Positions 1 to 12,492 of a DNA stretch of 64,000 bases are shown one piece after another. Source of the stretch: Octopus sinensis (Eukaryota); assembly GCF_006345805.1 (NCBI RefSeq), contig NC_042997.1, positions 110,732,001 through 110,796,000 of the forward strand. Direction: 5' to 3'. The translations under genes were made by a program, and so were the position numbers. Under the pieces are notes generated by a model, which searched no databases, was not told the origin of the DNA, and saw only the letters and a list, made by a program, of their open reading frames with translations. Numbering within the stretch: the first letter of the stretch is position 1; the number at the start of each line of letters is the position of its first letter.

Positions 1-740
1 ACACAATTATCTTCATCCATTCTCACCACATGACCATACCAGCGCAAACGTCTCTCTTGCACACCACAACTGATGCTTCTTAGGTCCAACTTTTCTCTCG
101 AGGTACTTACACTCTGTCGAGTATGAACACTGACATTACACATCCATCGGAGCATACTGGCTTCATTTCTTGTGAGCTTACGCATATCCTCAGCAGTCAT
201 GGCCAATTTTTCACTGACATGTAGCATGGCTGTTCGTACACATGCATCATACAGTCTGCCTTTTACTCTGAGCGAGAGGCCTTTTGTCCCTAGCAGAGGT
301 AAGAGCTCTCTGAACTTTGCCCAGGCTATTCTTACTCTAACAGTTACACTTTCAACACACCCGCCCCCGCTACTGACTTGGTCACCTAGGTAACTGAAGC
401 TATCAACTATTTCTAGTTTTTCTCCCTGGAATGTGGCGGAAGTTGGTCTCTGCGCATTTTCAGTGTTTATTGCTCCTGAGCATCTGCCACATACAAAAAC
501 TATCTTCCCAGTTAGCCTTCCCTTGACGTTGCTGCACCTCTTATGTGTCCATAGCTTACACTCGGTGCATCTTATAGAGTTTCTACTTACGCCTTTTCTA
601 CAGATCGAGCAGGGCCATCTACCTGAAGGCGTTTGTGACTTGTCCACCTCCCTACTTATTAGGACTTTGGTTTTAGCTAGCTTGACTCTAAGGCCCTCTG
701 ATTCTAATCCTTGCTTCCACACCTGGAACTTCTCCTACAG
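1..740 (-). mobile_element. RTE-clade LINE fragment (C-terminal part of RT ORF), runs off window start
   Basis: Minus strand translates to ...GLRVKLAKTKVL...WPCSICRKGV...FSYLGDQVSSGGGC...RVRIAWAKFRELLPLL...ERRLRWYGHVVRMDED, typical of RTE-like RT C-termini; same family as 37877-38330. Confidence 0.85.
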
Positions 741-770
741 TTCTGATAGTGAACTGTGTGTGTATGTGTA

Positions 771-804
<34 letters not shown>

Positions 805-1413
805 GATATATATAGAGAGAGAGAGAGGAAAAGAAAAGAAAATGTTTGTCCCCACCACCACCACTTGGCAACCGGTGCTGGTGTGTTTATGTCCTTATAA
901 CTTTGCAGTTCAGCAAAAGAGACCAATAAAATAAACACTTCACAAAAAAATAAATACTGGGGTCAACTCTTTTGATTAAAATCCCTTAAGGTGGAGCTCC
1001 AACATGGCCAAAGTCTAATGACTGAAACAAGAAAAAGATAAGATCTACATTTAGTATGATACACAGATTGTAATTTTGGATTAGATTTATTGGTAATTCC
1101 AGACTCCTTTAGCTCTGATCTTCAGCCTTGTCTTCTATGTTGTCATTAATTAGTCTGCAGATTCTTTAATGCCTCTTTGCAATGTTGTTTGAGCATCTTT
1201 ACCAATGAGGTACTGTTCCTGTTGAAATGGTAATGATTCCAGTAATGAAGGTGAACCAATAATTGGTTAGCGTGAAAAAATAATATAATTGGCAAATTTC
1301 CAATATTTTTGTGGGCATTTCTAGAGAAAAACTGAAGGAAACTAAACAGGTTCAGAGATTTGGAATTATTCTGCAAGGATATCATGTATGAAATATAATA
1401 TTCCAATATCCTG

Positions 1414-1992
1414 TTGTGGGTGTGTGTGTGCTTATGTATAGTTATATGTGTCTGTCTGTGTGTATATGTTGTTTCTGTGTTTGTTTTTGGATATGAGTGT
1501 ACATGTGTGTGTGTACATGTGTGCATGTATATGTGTGTGTGTGTGTGTACATGTGTGCATGTATATGTGTGTGTGTGTATGTATATGCGTGTGTGTGTGT
1601 GTACATGTGTGCGTGTATGTGTGTACATGTGTGCATGTATGTGTGTGTGTGTGTACATGTGTGCATGTATGTGTGTGTGTACATGTGTGCATGCATGTAT
1701 GTGTGTGTGTGTACATGTGTGCATGTATACGTATGTGTGTATGTACATGTGTGCATGTATACGTATGTGTGTGTGTGTGTGTACATGTGTGCATGCATAT
1801 GTATACATGTGCATGCATATGTATACGTGTGCATGCATATGTATACGTGTGCATGCATATGTATACATGTGTGTGTGCACATGTACATGTGTGCATGTAT
1901 ACGTATGTGTATGCATGCACATATCTATACATGTCTGTTCACACGTGTGTGCATGTATATATATATATATGTGTGTGTATGAATGTGTCTAT
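1414..1992. repeat. Compound (TG)n/TGTACA/TGCATG microsatellite
   Basis: Directly visible; explains the low-complexity HT/VC ORFs. Confidence 0.95.
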
Positions 1993-2314
1993 ATGATAGA
2001 CTTCACCATTGAATCCACTTCTCTTTAGCTCCTCTAACTAAAATAATTTGACAGTTTCTGTTTTTTTCTGGAGATTAGCGATAATGCTGCAGTGCGTTGT
2101 GTTATGCAATTACCAATATTCTTATTGTGCGATGCTTTGTGCACAATTTTACCATTTCTCCCAGTTGTATTCCATGGAATGAATAAATAATTCCCAAAAG
2201 CCATAATCTTGCCTTTTATGGAATATTACGATATTTCAATATTCCACAACATTTGAGACGGAGTATTGTAAAGATTTCAAAATGTTTCAATGGCTAGAAT
2301 TTGCCTACACTCAT

Positions 2315-2315
2315 C

Positions 2316-2346
<31 letters not shown>

Positions 2347-2385
2347 TATAGAAAACATAAATCTGGAGAAGCACACTCTAAGATA

Positions 2386-2422
<37 letters not shown>

Positions 2423-2475
2423 TATAGAAAACATAAATCTGGAGAAGCACACTCTAAGATATATATATATATATA
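2315..2475. repeat. Direct duplication of a ~45-nt unit between (TA)n tracts
   Basis: attgtttatagaaaacataaatctggagaagcacactctaagata occurs at ~2341 and ~2417. Confidence 0.9.
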
Positions 2476-2590
2476 CTTTTTCATTTTCCTGAGCATTAAA
2501 CTAATACACCTGCTTGTTGTTCATACATCTGTCTTCGTCTTTTGTTTTCCTATAAATTTCAACTGTGTGTGTGTGTGTGTATATATATAT

Positions 2591-2888
2591 ATCACCGTGA
2601 CCAACCAGGCTATCAGATGTTGCTACACGTCGCTGGTCACAATGCGCTTTGCATTGTTTTAGCCTTCAAATGATGCCACGCCACTGGCTAAGCGAGCAGG
2701 CCTACAGAAGTAAGAGTGAGAAAGTTGTGGTGAAAAAGTACAGCATGGATCGCCACCACCCCCTGCTGGAGCCTCGTGGAGCTCTTGGTGTTTTCGCTCA
2801 ATAAACACTCACAACAACTGGTCTGGGAATCGAAACCGCGATCCTCGACTGTGAGTCCACTGCCCTAACCACTGGGCCATTGCACCTC
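2591..2888 (-). mobile_element. tRNA-derived SINE
   Basis: Minus strand starts gaggtgcaatggcccagtggttagggcagtggactc...ggtttcgattcccagacc (A and B boxes); related head on + at ~51955. Confidence 0.8.
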
Positions 2889-3640
2889 TATACATACATA
2901 TATATATATGTAAATTCTCAGAGGATTTTCTATTGACTGTAATCGGGTTTTGGAAGATAAAAACACCTTTGTTTATGCCATTATCCCAGATGTTATATAT
3001 GAAATGTGATCCATTCCAACCTGATAATTCTTCACCAATTGTCTTGGGGGTTTTATATGTAAAGATCAACATTTTAAGGCTCACTTTTACATGCTGGTGC
3101 CACATAAAAAGCACCCAGTACACACTAAAATGGTTGACATTAGGAAGGATACCCAGTCATAGGACCATGCCAAAAGCAGACAAATGGAGCCTAGTACAGA
3201 TCTACAGTAGGTCAGCTCCTGTTAAACTGTTCAAACCAAGGCAGCATAGAAAATGGAGATTAAATGATTTTCTATGCTTGCCTGGATCCAACAGAGTCTA
3301 TTGAGGCATATTTCCACTGGCCAGTTGCCCTTCCTGTCTCCAATCTTCACTTGTTTCCAAAGAAGGTAATTTTCCCATGGGCAGACATGTTTTTCATGAA
3401 AGACTAGAAATGAACAACACCACTTGTATGATGGTGATGCTTGTTTACAACTATTACATTATGTCAACACAAGGGTACAGACACACACTCATTATATATA
3501 TATATATATATATAATTACTACCATGTTTTTGTTGATGAAACTTGTTTCTCTGTCTACCTACACACCCTCTTTGTGATGTTGGTAAATGGAATAACTATA
3601 GAAATGAATCTTTTCAATTTAACTAAATCCTATATTTATA

Positions 3641-3728
3641 TACAGCTGAAGATTGCTCTACATTTTAAAACTGATGTAATACTTGCATTGTTTAATTAAA
3701 TGGAGTCACATGAAACGACCGTACTGCA
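3641..3728 (+). ncRNA. Hammerhead-ribozyme-like motif (type I, PLE-type), partly degenerate
   Basis: cag-CTGAAGA(3646-3652)-stem II ctcta/tggag-GAAA(3712-3715)-cgaccg-TA-ctg. Confidence 0.5.
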
Positions 3729-3759
3729 TTACCTTTAGATATCCTTGTTGCTTATTTTG

Positions 3760-3813
<54 letters not shown>

Positions 3814-3907
3814 ATCCAAACAAGAAAACACAGAAAAAAAACACAGCAACGCGAGGACATGGAACAATTAAAGTATTATTTGACGCTCAGGAAAGAAGGG
3901 AAGGAGG

Positions 3908-3942
3908 GTTTAATGTTTCGAGCGGAGCTCTTCGTCGGAAAC
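3908..3942 (-). ncRNA. Minimal hammerhead-like motif, U4C variant
   Basis: Minus strand gttt-CCGACGA-a-gagc tcc gctc-GAAA-ca-TT-aaac; 4-bp stem I and 4-bp stem II. Confidence 0.55.
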
Positions 3943-6900
3943 AAAGAAGGAAAGATCCCGAGAAGGGAAGACATAGGAAAAAAATTTTTTTGCTGGTGGT
4001 GCAAAATAAGCAACAAGGATAATAGACTCTGTTGGATCCAGGCAAGCATAGAAAATCATTTAATCTCCATTTTCTATGCTGCCTTGGTTTGAACAGTTTA
4101 ACAGGAGCTGACCTACTGTAGATCTGTACTAGGCTCCATTTGTCTGCTTTTGGCATGGTCCTATGACTGGGTATCCTTCCTAATGTCAACCATTTTAGTG
4201 TGTACTGGGTGCTTTTTATGTGGCACCAGCATGTAAAAGTGAGCCTTAAAATGTTGATCTTTACATATAAAACCCCCAAGACAATTGGTGAAGAATTATC
4301 AGGTTGGAATGGATCACATTTCATATATAACATCTGGGATAATGGCATAAACAAAGGTGTTTTTATCTTCCAAAACCCGATTACAGTCAATAGAAAATCC
4401 TCTGAGAATTTACAGTTGTTATATCTACATTGAATTCAAACTTATGGTCTTTTACATAACGCTGCTAATAACATTATTATCATAATTTTTAACATCCACT
4501 TTTCCATGTTTACCTGAGTTAGATGCAACTTGTTGAAACAACTTTTCCACAGTTGGATGCTCTTCCTGTCACTAACTCTTATGCTTCCAAGCAAGGTAAT
4601 ATTTTCCATGACCAGACATGTTTTTCATGGAAGACAGGAAACCAACCTCACTTGTATGACAGTGATGCTCACTTACAACCATCACAGAAGACATAGGTGC
4701 ACACATACATACATGCATGCATGCATGTCTATACATGTGTGTAAGATGAAGAATAGGCGAGGAGTATCTTTACTGATAAATTAGTGAATATGAAAAATCC
4801 TTCCACCCTATCTCAACCCAAAACTGAAGAAAGAAATGAAAAGGTCATCTGGTTTAATTGACCCCCCCCCCATTCAATCTAGATGTATTCACAAAAATAG
4901 CTGGGAACTTCCTGGTGTTAATTAAATGGCAATTCTCAAGGATCCACAGATATCATAGACTCTTTCATTTCTATAACGTAAAGTTAACTCATGCTTAAGG
5001 AATATCATGTCAGACGTTGAGCCTCACAGAGGCTATGACGAAAGGCCGAGTCCTCTGGAGATATGCTGTGACTTCGAAGACTGACAAATGAAGTGAGTTC
5101 ATGGCTCGCAGGATGGCCTGCTGTGCTAACCTTGGATCATAGAGTGACCCGTTGTTCTTGAGAAGACTTTTTCAGTTAAGTATGTTAACACCAACATCAA
5201 ATGAAAATTGAATAGAAATATTAGTTAAGACACCCGTGCCAGTGACACGTTAAAAGAAAAGCACCGTCCGAAAGTGGCAGATGCCAGCACCGCCTGACAG
5301 GCGTCCGTGTCGGTGACACGTAAAAGCACCAACCGATCGTGGCTGTTTGCCAGTCTCTTCTGTCCCCTGTGCCAGCGGCACATAAAAAGCACCCATTACA
5401 CTCACAGAGTGGTTGGCATCAGGAAGGGCATCCAGCTGTAGAAACACTACCAGATCAGACTGGTACCTGGTGCAGCCTCCTGGTTTCCCAGACCTCGGTC
5501 GAACTGTCCAACCCATGCTAGCATGGAAAACGGACATTAAACAATGATAACATTGCTTGCAACACCAGGCACAAACACCCACGCACAGTTTCCAGACCAC
5601 ACTCCGGCCTGTACTGTCCAAAATCCTACCAACTGCCCATTGGGAGGATCTTTCTTCAGAGGCTATGGTCTATAGAACTACCCTCACACCTTTCGATTAT
5701 TACATGAGATATCACACGGGTATAACAGCCATAGATTTTAAGGGTAGATACATGCAACACGTACACTCCTTCTGATTTAGGGGCAGGGAAAAACTCCATT
5801 TTACTATCTTGCTTTATCTGGAGACTCCAGGACCATTGAAATAACTTCTCCAACATCACATGAAGCATCCTTGGCTGGTTCTCTTAATCATCAGGAGCTC
5901 ATAATTGCCAACTCTGTCTCTGTGAGAAACTGACATACTTCACAGACCACAATAATATCTTCTATATTGGTGATTCTCAATCATTTTTTTACTTAAAGAC
6001 TCCTCTGATACCCATTTTATTCAGGTGGACCCTCAAAACCATTCAATGTTTGTAAAAATGTCATATTTTTATAACGGGAATTGTGTATTGTAGACATCTA
6101 ACCACTTCATTGCACCTAAACTTCAGTAAAATCTTACTTGGACCTCCAAGGATTATGTGAACCCCCAGTTGAGGACCACTGTTTTGTGTGATATCTATAG
6201 TGTGATATTTTCTATAACAATAGTTATCTCTACATCGCCGTCATCTCTGCATCGCCATCATCTCTGCATCGCCATCATCTCTACATCGCTGTTTCTGCCA
6301 GTGGTACGTAAAAAGCACTATCCAAACATGATTGATGCCAGGCCCGCCTAACTGGCCTCTGTGCCAGTAGCATGTAAAATGTACCCACTACGCTCTTGAA
6401 GTGGTTGGCATTAGGACGGGCATCCAGCTGTAGAAACATTGCCAGATCAGGCTGAAGCCTGGTGCAGCCTCCTGGCTCTCCAGACCTCAATCAAATCGTC
6501 CAACTCATGCCAGCATGGAAAACAGGCATTAAGCAATGATAATCTATATCACTGTTGTATCTTCTCAACATAGCTATATCACTAGGATATCATCTCTGCA
6601 GTAGGTATGTCTGCACTGCTGTAATATCCATATACAATATCTCACAGCTAAGAATCTCACTTCCTCCTCCTCCTCACTTTTTCAATATATTGATGTTTAC
6701 ACAACCAATTCTGGAGAAGTGTTTGTTCTTCTTCTGACCATCAAAATTATTGATATTCCACAGTGTTCAAGAGAGAATAAACCAGCATGGAGTTATTTGT
6801 CTGGCGAGGGGCAGTGGGGGGAAGTGGTGGGGTTAATGGGTGGAGTGAAGATGAAGGAGCACAGAGAGAATGGAGAAAGGTCAGATTCTGGAAGCAGAAA

Positions 6901-7830
6901 CAGTAGAAAGAGCCCAAAGCATTTTTGCTTCTCACCCTTTCGGTCTCCAGAAACTCTTTTGGGCTGTTACCATCACAGACCCTCACCAATTGTCTCGGTT
7001 TCCAGACTAAACCGGTTCTGCTAGCCCCCCCCCAGCTCCTGTTGCTGATATTGTAACAGTGATAATATACCTCACACCCTCGTCCCCCTCCCCCCATATA
7101 CAATCAATTTCATATGAAAAGGAAGAAGAAATCTTTCAAGATCGGAGTCTGGTGCAGCCATCTGGCTCACCAGTCCTCAGTCAAATCGTCCAACCCATGC
7201 CAGCATGGAAAGTGGATGTTAAATGAAAAATGATGATATATATATATATACATACACAACAGGCTTCTTTCAGTTTCCGTCTACCAAATCCACTAACAAG
7301 GCTTTGGTTGGCCCAAGGCTATAGTAGGAGACACTTGCCCAAGCTGCCATGCAGTGGGACTGAACCTGGAACCATGTGGTTGGGAAGCAAGCTTCTTACC
7401 ACACAGCCACTCCTGCGATTGTTTGTTTTTAGAAAGAAATTATAGGGTAGGTGTGAGAAGCTGGACCATGGTCAGTTTGGACATCAAACAGAATATTTTG
7501 GCTAGATATGACTGGTTTAAATACGAATGGATTAAACTTGTTTCACAACAATTTGGAAGTGTCTGAAATGTCTTAGATGGCAGAATTGTTAGCACTCTGG
7601 GCGAAATGCTTACCAGTATTTCATCTGCCCCTACATTCTGAGTTCAAATTCTGTCAAGGTTGACTTTGCCTTTCATCCTTTCAGGGTCAATTAAATCAGT
7701 ACCAGTTATACACTGGCGTCAATATAATCGACTTAATCCCCTCCCCCCATGCTGCCCTTGTAGCAAAAATTGAAATCCTTATTCCCTTCCTTTATGGCAT
7801 GTTTTAAATGTTTCTTATTTGTAATTACAG

Positions 7831-8046
7831 GTTGGTGACAATGTGATTGCTCTGAGTGAAGGCCAGTGTTGGGCTGAATTTGCCAGTGTTCCTGTGAAAT
7901 ATGTCTACAAAATGCCAGAAGGAATGAGCTTCCACGATGCTGCTGCTATTGCCATGAACTATCTGACTGCTTACATCCTTCTCTTCGATATTGGTAACTT
8001 GCGTGCTGGACAATCTGTCCTTGCACACGGCATAGCCGGGGGAGTG
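7831..8046 (+). CDS. VAT1L: VAT-1 homolog-like protein, internal exon (216 nt, phase 0-0)
   Basis: ttacag|GTT...GTG|gtgagt; VGDNVIALSEGQCWAEFASVP...AAAIAMNYLTAYILLFDIGNLRAGQSVLAHGIAGGV, MDR domain with nucleotide-binding Gly motif. Confidence 0.95.
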
Positions 8047-8649
8047 GTGAGTATAGTTCTCTGATATTTCTTAGACCCCTGCCAGTTAGGAATCCTTAAT
8101 AAGGGAGTTACCAAAAAGTGAGTAGCTTAGTGGTTAGGGTATATGGCTCATGGTCATAAGTCAGGAGTTGAATCTCCAGGGATGCATTGTGTTCTTGAGC
8201 GAGACTCTTCATTTCATGTTGGTCCTGTCCGCTCAGCTGGCATCAATGAGTTGTACCTGTATTTCAAAGGGCCAGGCAAGTCACATTCTGAATCTCCCTA
8301 AGAACTATGTTATGTCTGTGGAGTTCTCAGCCAATTGCACGTTAATTTTATCAACAAGCTGTTCCATTGATCAAATCAACTGGAACCCTTGTCATCGTAA
8401 CCAACGGAGTGACAGAACCAAAAATACCGAAAATCAGGGAAGTCGGCAAAAAGTGATTCTAATTGAGAAACCACTTTCAAAAAGTCTAAAAATAGATTTC
8501 GTTTTGGGATTTGGTTTGCAAGATTCCTTATATGAGTTTGTGTGTTGAAGCATATTCTGTTGTGTCTGGGGAGAGTCATTTTCTTTTTGTGCCTTATGAT
8601 GTAACACACTCACTGGTAAAATTTCCACTTTTTTCTTATTTTTATTTTC

Positions 8650-8686
8650 CTAAAATTTTCGTTGCATCTTGCAACCTTTTCAATAG
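8650..8686 (-). ncRNA. Minimal hammerhead-like motif, U3-A8 covariant
   Basis: cta-TTGAAAA-g-gttgca aga tgcaac-GAAA-at-TT-tag; palindrome AAAATTTT at helix III. Confidence 0.55.
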
Positions 8687-10074
8687 TTTTGACTCTCTAA
8701 AAATATAGCTTTAAAATATTTTATTTCCACAAATATTTACAACAAGAGGGACTTACTCAAACGTTAATTAGGTGAAACAAACGGTTAAAAGGGCCTGGAA
8801 TAGAGTGCATGTCATTGGTGAGATTGCAAACGATGACAAAAGGACTCTAACAAATGATTAATTAGTTAATTGGCTAAATTAGTTAACGAAATGACTAATA
8901 AGCAAAGAAGTGGTGCAGGTGTGTCAGTAAGAAATTTGCCAACCACATGGTTCCAAGTTCGGTCCCACTGCATGGTACCTTGGGCAAGTGTCTTCTACCT
9001 TAGCCTCTTGCCAACCAAAGCCTTGTGAGTGGTTTTGGCTGACAGAAACTGACAACTAGTGTTGGTGTGTTTACATCCCCTTAAGTTAGCAGCTTGGCAA
9101 GAGAGAACAAAAGAATAAGTGCCCCAGCATGGCCACAGTCTAATGACTAAGTAAAATATAAAAGTAAAATATAACCAGTGCATGTGTTTGTTGGCATTAT
9201 GACCTTCCCAAGATACAACAAAATCTGTTTCAGCATACAGGTTCACATCAAGAACCTTGCAGACCAAATCCAAAACTAAAATAACTTTTAAAATGAATTT
9301 CCCCCCAACATTGCTTGACAACCGATGCTGGTGTTCTTTTTGTCCCTGTAACTTTGTGGTTCGGCAAAAGAGACCGATAGAATAAGTACTAGGCTTACAA
9401 AGAATAAGTCTTGGGGTCGATTTGCTCGACTAAAGGCGGTGCTCCAGCATGGCCACAGTCAAATGACTGAAACAAGGAAAAGAGAGAGAGTAAGAGTACT
9501 CTTGCTGAGTGATGATTGTGTTGTTTAGGTCAGCCTTAATGAAATCAAACTTTGATCAGAGAAGTTCCAGCCATGACTATCCCATCATATACCAAGAACA
9601 AAATGCTGAGCAGCACTTCTTGCAGCTTATTAGATTCTGAGTTCAAACTGCATCAAGGTTAACTTTGCCTTTCATCATTTCAGGGTCATTAAAATAAGGT
9701 ACAGTCAAGTAATGGGGTCAATGTAACTGACACGTCCCCTTCTCTTGGAAATTGCTGGCCATGTGCCAAAATTTGGAACAATTATTAAGGCTCCAAGCTG
9801 ACTGAATCCTTAAAATGTTGGAAACCATGCTTAGCAACCTTTCTTTTGGCCCTTTATGTTCTGAGGTCGACATTGCCTGTTGTCCTCTTGGGGGTGGGAG
9901 TGATCAGATAAAATACCTGTAGCGTACTGGGGGTGGGATCAATGTAATCAAGCAACCCCTTTCCTTCAAAATTGCTGGCCTTGTGCCAGAATTTAAAGCA
10001 ATTGTTTCTTGTACCCAATTTCAGGAAGATGTTTTGAGTTGAGCTAATATTCCATGTTGGTCGTTTGTTTTTAG

Positions 10075-10217
10075 GGTCAAGCTATAATCCAGTTATCGAA
10101 AACTGTTGAAAATGTCACTTTATATGGAACTGCTTCTGCCCATAAACATGAATCGCTGAAGGATAAAGTTACTCACGTCTATGACCACAGTTTGGACTAT
10201 ACACAAGAAATAAGGAA
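10075..10217 (+). CDS. VAT1L: VAT1L exon (143 nt, phase 0-2)
   Basis: ttttag|GGT...AA|gtaagt; GQAIIQLSKTVENVTLYGTASAHKHESLKDKVTHVYDHSLDYTQEIR(K). Confidence 0.95.
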
Positions 10218-12388
10218 GTAAGTCGTTTCTTCAGCTCTTTTGCTTCTTATTCTGACATTACCATTTCTAAAGAAACATTCAAAGATTTGCTGGGATTACT
10301 CTTAATGTTTGAAGCTCTTAATGTTTGAAAATATTGTTTTCGAATGATGATGATGATCATCATCATCATTGTCATTTAACATCTGCTTTCTATGCTGGCA
10401 TGGGTTGGACGGTTTGACTGAGGACTGGAGAGCTAGGAGGCCTCACCATGATCCAGTCTGATCTGGCAATGTTCCTACAGCTGGATGCCCTTCCTAATGC
10501 CAACCACTTTGAGAGTGTAGTGGGTGCTTTTTACATGTCACCAGCATGAGGGCAAGTCAGCAAGAATTAGATTTGGCTTCCCAAGCTCCCCAACCACATG
10601 GTTCTGGGTTCAGTCCCATTGCATGGCACCTTGGGCAAGTGTTTTCTACTACAGCCTTGGGCCAAAACCTTATCAGTGGATTTGGTTGACTGAAACTAAA
10701 AGAAACTCATCATACATGTGTGTTTGTGTATCATCATCCTGTTTTAATGTGTTTTCATACTGGTATGGTAGTTGTAAATGAGTGTCACTGTTGTACAAGT
10801 AGTGTTGTTTGTTTCCAATATTCTGCAAAAAACATGCCTGACCATGTGGAAACAGGTGAGGGTTGACAGCAGGAAGGGCATTTGATGTAGAAAATCTCTC
10901 CAATCCATACAAACATCATCATCGTCGTCATTATCATTTAACATCCATTTTCCATGCTGGCATGAGTTGGACAGTTTGACAGGAGGTAGCAAGCTGGAGA
11001 TCTGCACCAGGCTCCAAGTGTCTGTTTTGGCAAGGTTTCTACAGCTGGATGCCCTTCCTAATGCCAACTATTTTGCAGAGTGTACTGAGTGGTTTTTATG
11101 TGGCACCAGCATGGCACATTAAAACGATGATGATATTAACTGCAAAAGGTGGTTTGTTGGCAGAATTGTTAGAACATCAGTTCAACTGCTTCATGGAATT
11201 TGTTCTAGCCCCTGCACATTGAGTTCCAATTCCACTGAGGTCAACTATACCTGTCATCCTTTTGGGGTCAATAAAAAAATGTCAGGCCAGGGCAAAGACC
11301 TTTGGTGATATACTGTGCTTGTGTTGACCTGTCAAGCCAAGTAAGACCATAGTTGTAGCCAATGCTAGTGTCAGGTCAATGGCACCTGTGCCAGTGGCAC
11401 ATAAAAAGCACCTACTATACTCTCAGAGTGGTTGGTGTTAGGAAGGGCATCCAGCTCTAGAAACCTTGCCAAATCAGGTCAGAATTTGGTGCAGCCCCCT
11501 GGGTTACCAGTTTTCAGTCAAACTGTCCAACCCATGCTGGCAGGGAAAGCCGACGTTAAATGATGATGATGATGATAAGAATGGCAGACTGGATATCTCA
11601 TGGTATTAATTCTGGCTCTCTGTATTCTGAGTCAAATTCCACCTCGGTGTCCAAAAAAGCCCCCTTGGGCCTAACATGGTGGACAAGGCAAATCCTTGAA
11701 AGAAATTCCAGCACCGAATAGAAGAGGGTTGGCTAGAATCAAGAGATTTCTCCATTTGAAGAGTCATGTGATTTGGTAAACGAATAAATTAAAAGCAGGA
11801 TTTAATTTTAAAATCCCATGAAAATTTATAAAATCTGAACTCTTTTTAATCTTTTTGTTTCCATATTTTCATTGAAATATGCTGTCTTTGTTTTAATTAA
11901 TTTCGAAAATAATAGTAAAATAAGTTTGTCATCATTAAGTTGGTGTTTGGAACAGTAATTCACATGAAATTTTGATTTAGATCACTTTAACCCTTTTGTT
12001 ACCATATTTTTTTAAATAATGAAGAATTTAGTAAAATAGCTTTGCCATTATGAAGCTAGTGTTTGGAACTTGAATTAACATGAAAGCTTGACAGAAGTTT
12101 TTAATTTAAATCATTTTAAAACAAGAACTTTGTATGAGAGGACCAAGGATGGATGACTCAGGCTGGTTTGGTACCAAAACGGTTGAAGTGTTCCTGAACA
12201 AATGCATCAAATAATGAAACCAAAAATATTTGCAAAAATTGTCCATTTTCAGTTTATAAGGGTGTCTGTAACAGACACCTGAGATTTTATCTTGGGTTTT
12301 TGGCCCTAAGAAAGTCTATATTCAGGGTTTTGAGTTTTTTTTTCTTTCTTTTTCATTGTAACTCTTTTTAAAATCCTATCTTTTAAAG

Positions 12389-12492
12389 GATTTCTCCTGA
12401 GGGTGTTGACATTGTCATGGACTGTCTATGTGGGGATGATACTAACAAAGGGATCAGTTTGTTGAAGCCCATGGGACGGTACATACTGTTTG
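12389..12492 (+). CDS. VAT1L: VAT1L exon (104 nt, phase 2-1)
   Basis: tttaaag|G...G|gtgagt; ISPEGVDIVMDCLCGDDTNKGISLLKPMGRYILF(G). Confidence 0.95.

Larger units (their letters stand above)
2909..4414. repeat. Apparently perfect 394-bp inverted duplication (2909-3302 / 4021-4414), 718-nt spacer
   Basis: Ends pair exactly; ORFs 2933+ and 3887- (and 2809- / 4200+) give identical peptides. Confidence 0.95.

Noticed and set aside
1146-2028. Long His/Thr- and Val/Cys-rich ORFs (also 23744-24253, 29027-29409, 38765-40347, 41428-41725)
   Set aside because: Translations of stop-free microsatellites, open in several frames on both strands
2933-4390. Two ORFs encoding the same 123-aa peptide
   Set aside because: By-product of the inverted duplication; includes LINE-tail sequence and has no recognisable domain
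1-7830. First VAT1L exons (expected GLNF.D and PGFE.SG motifs)
   Set aside because: Not found by eye; presumed upstream of the window
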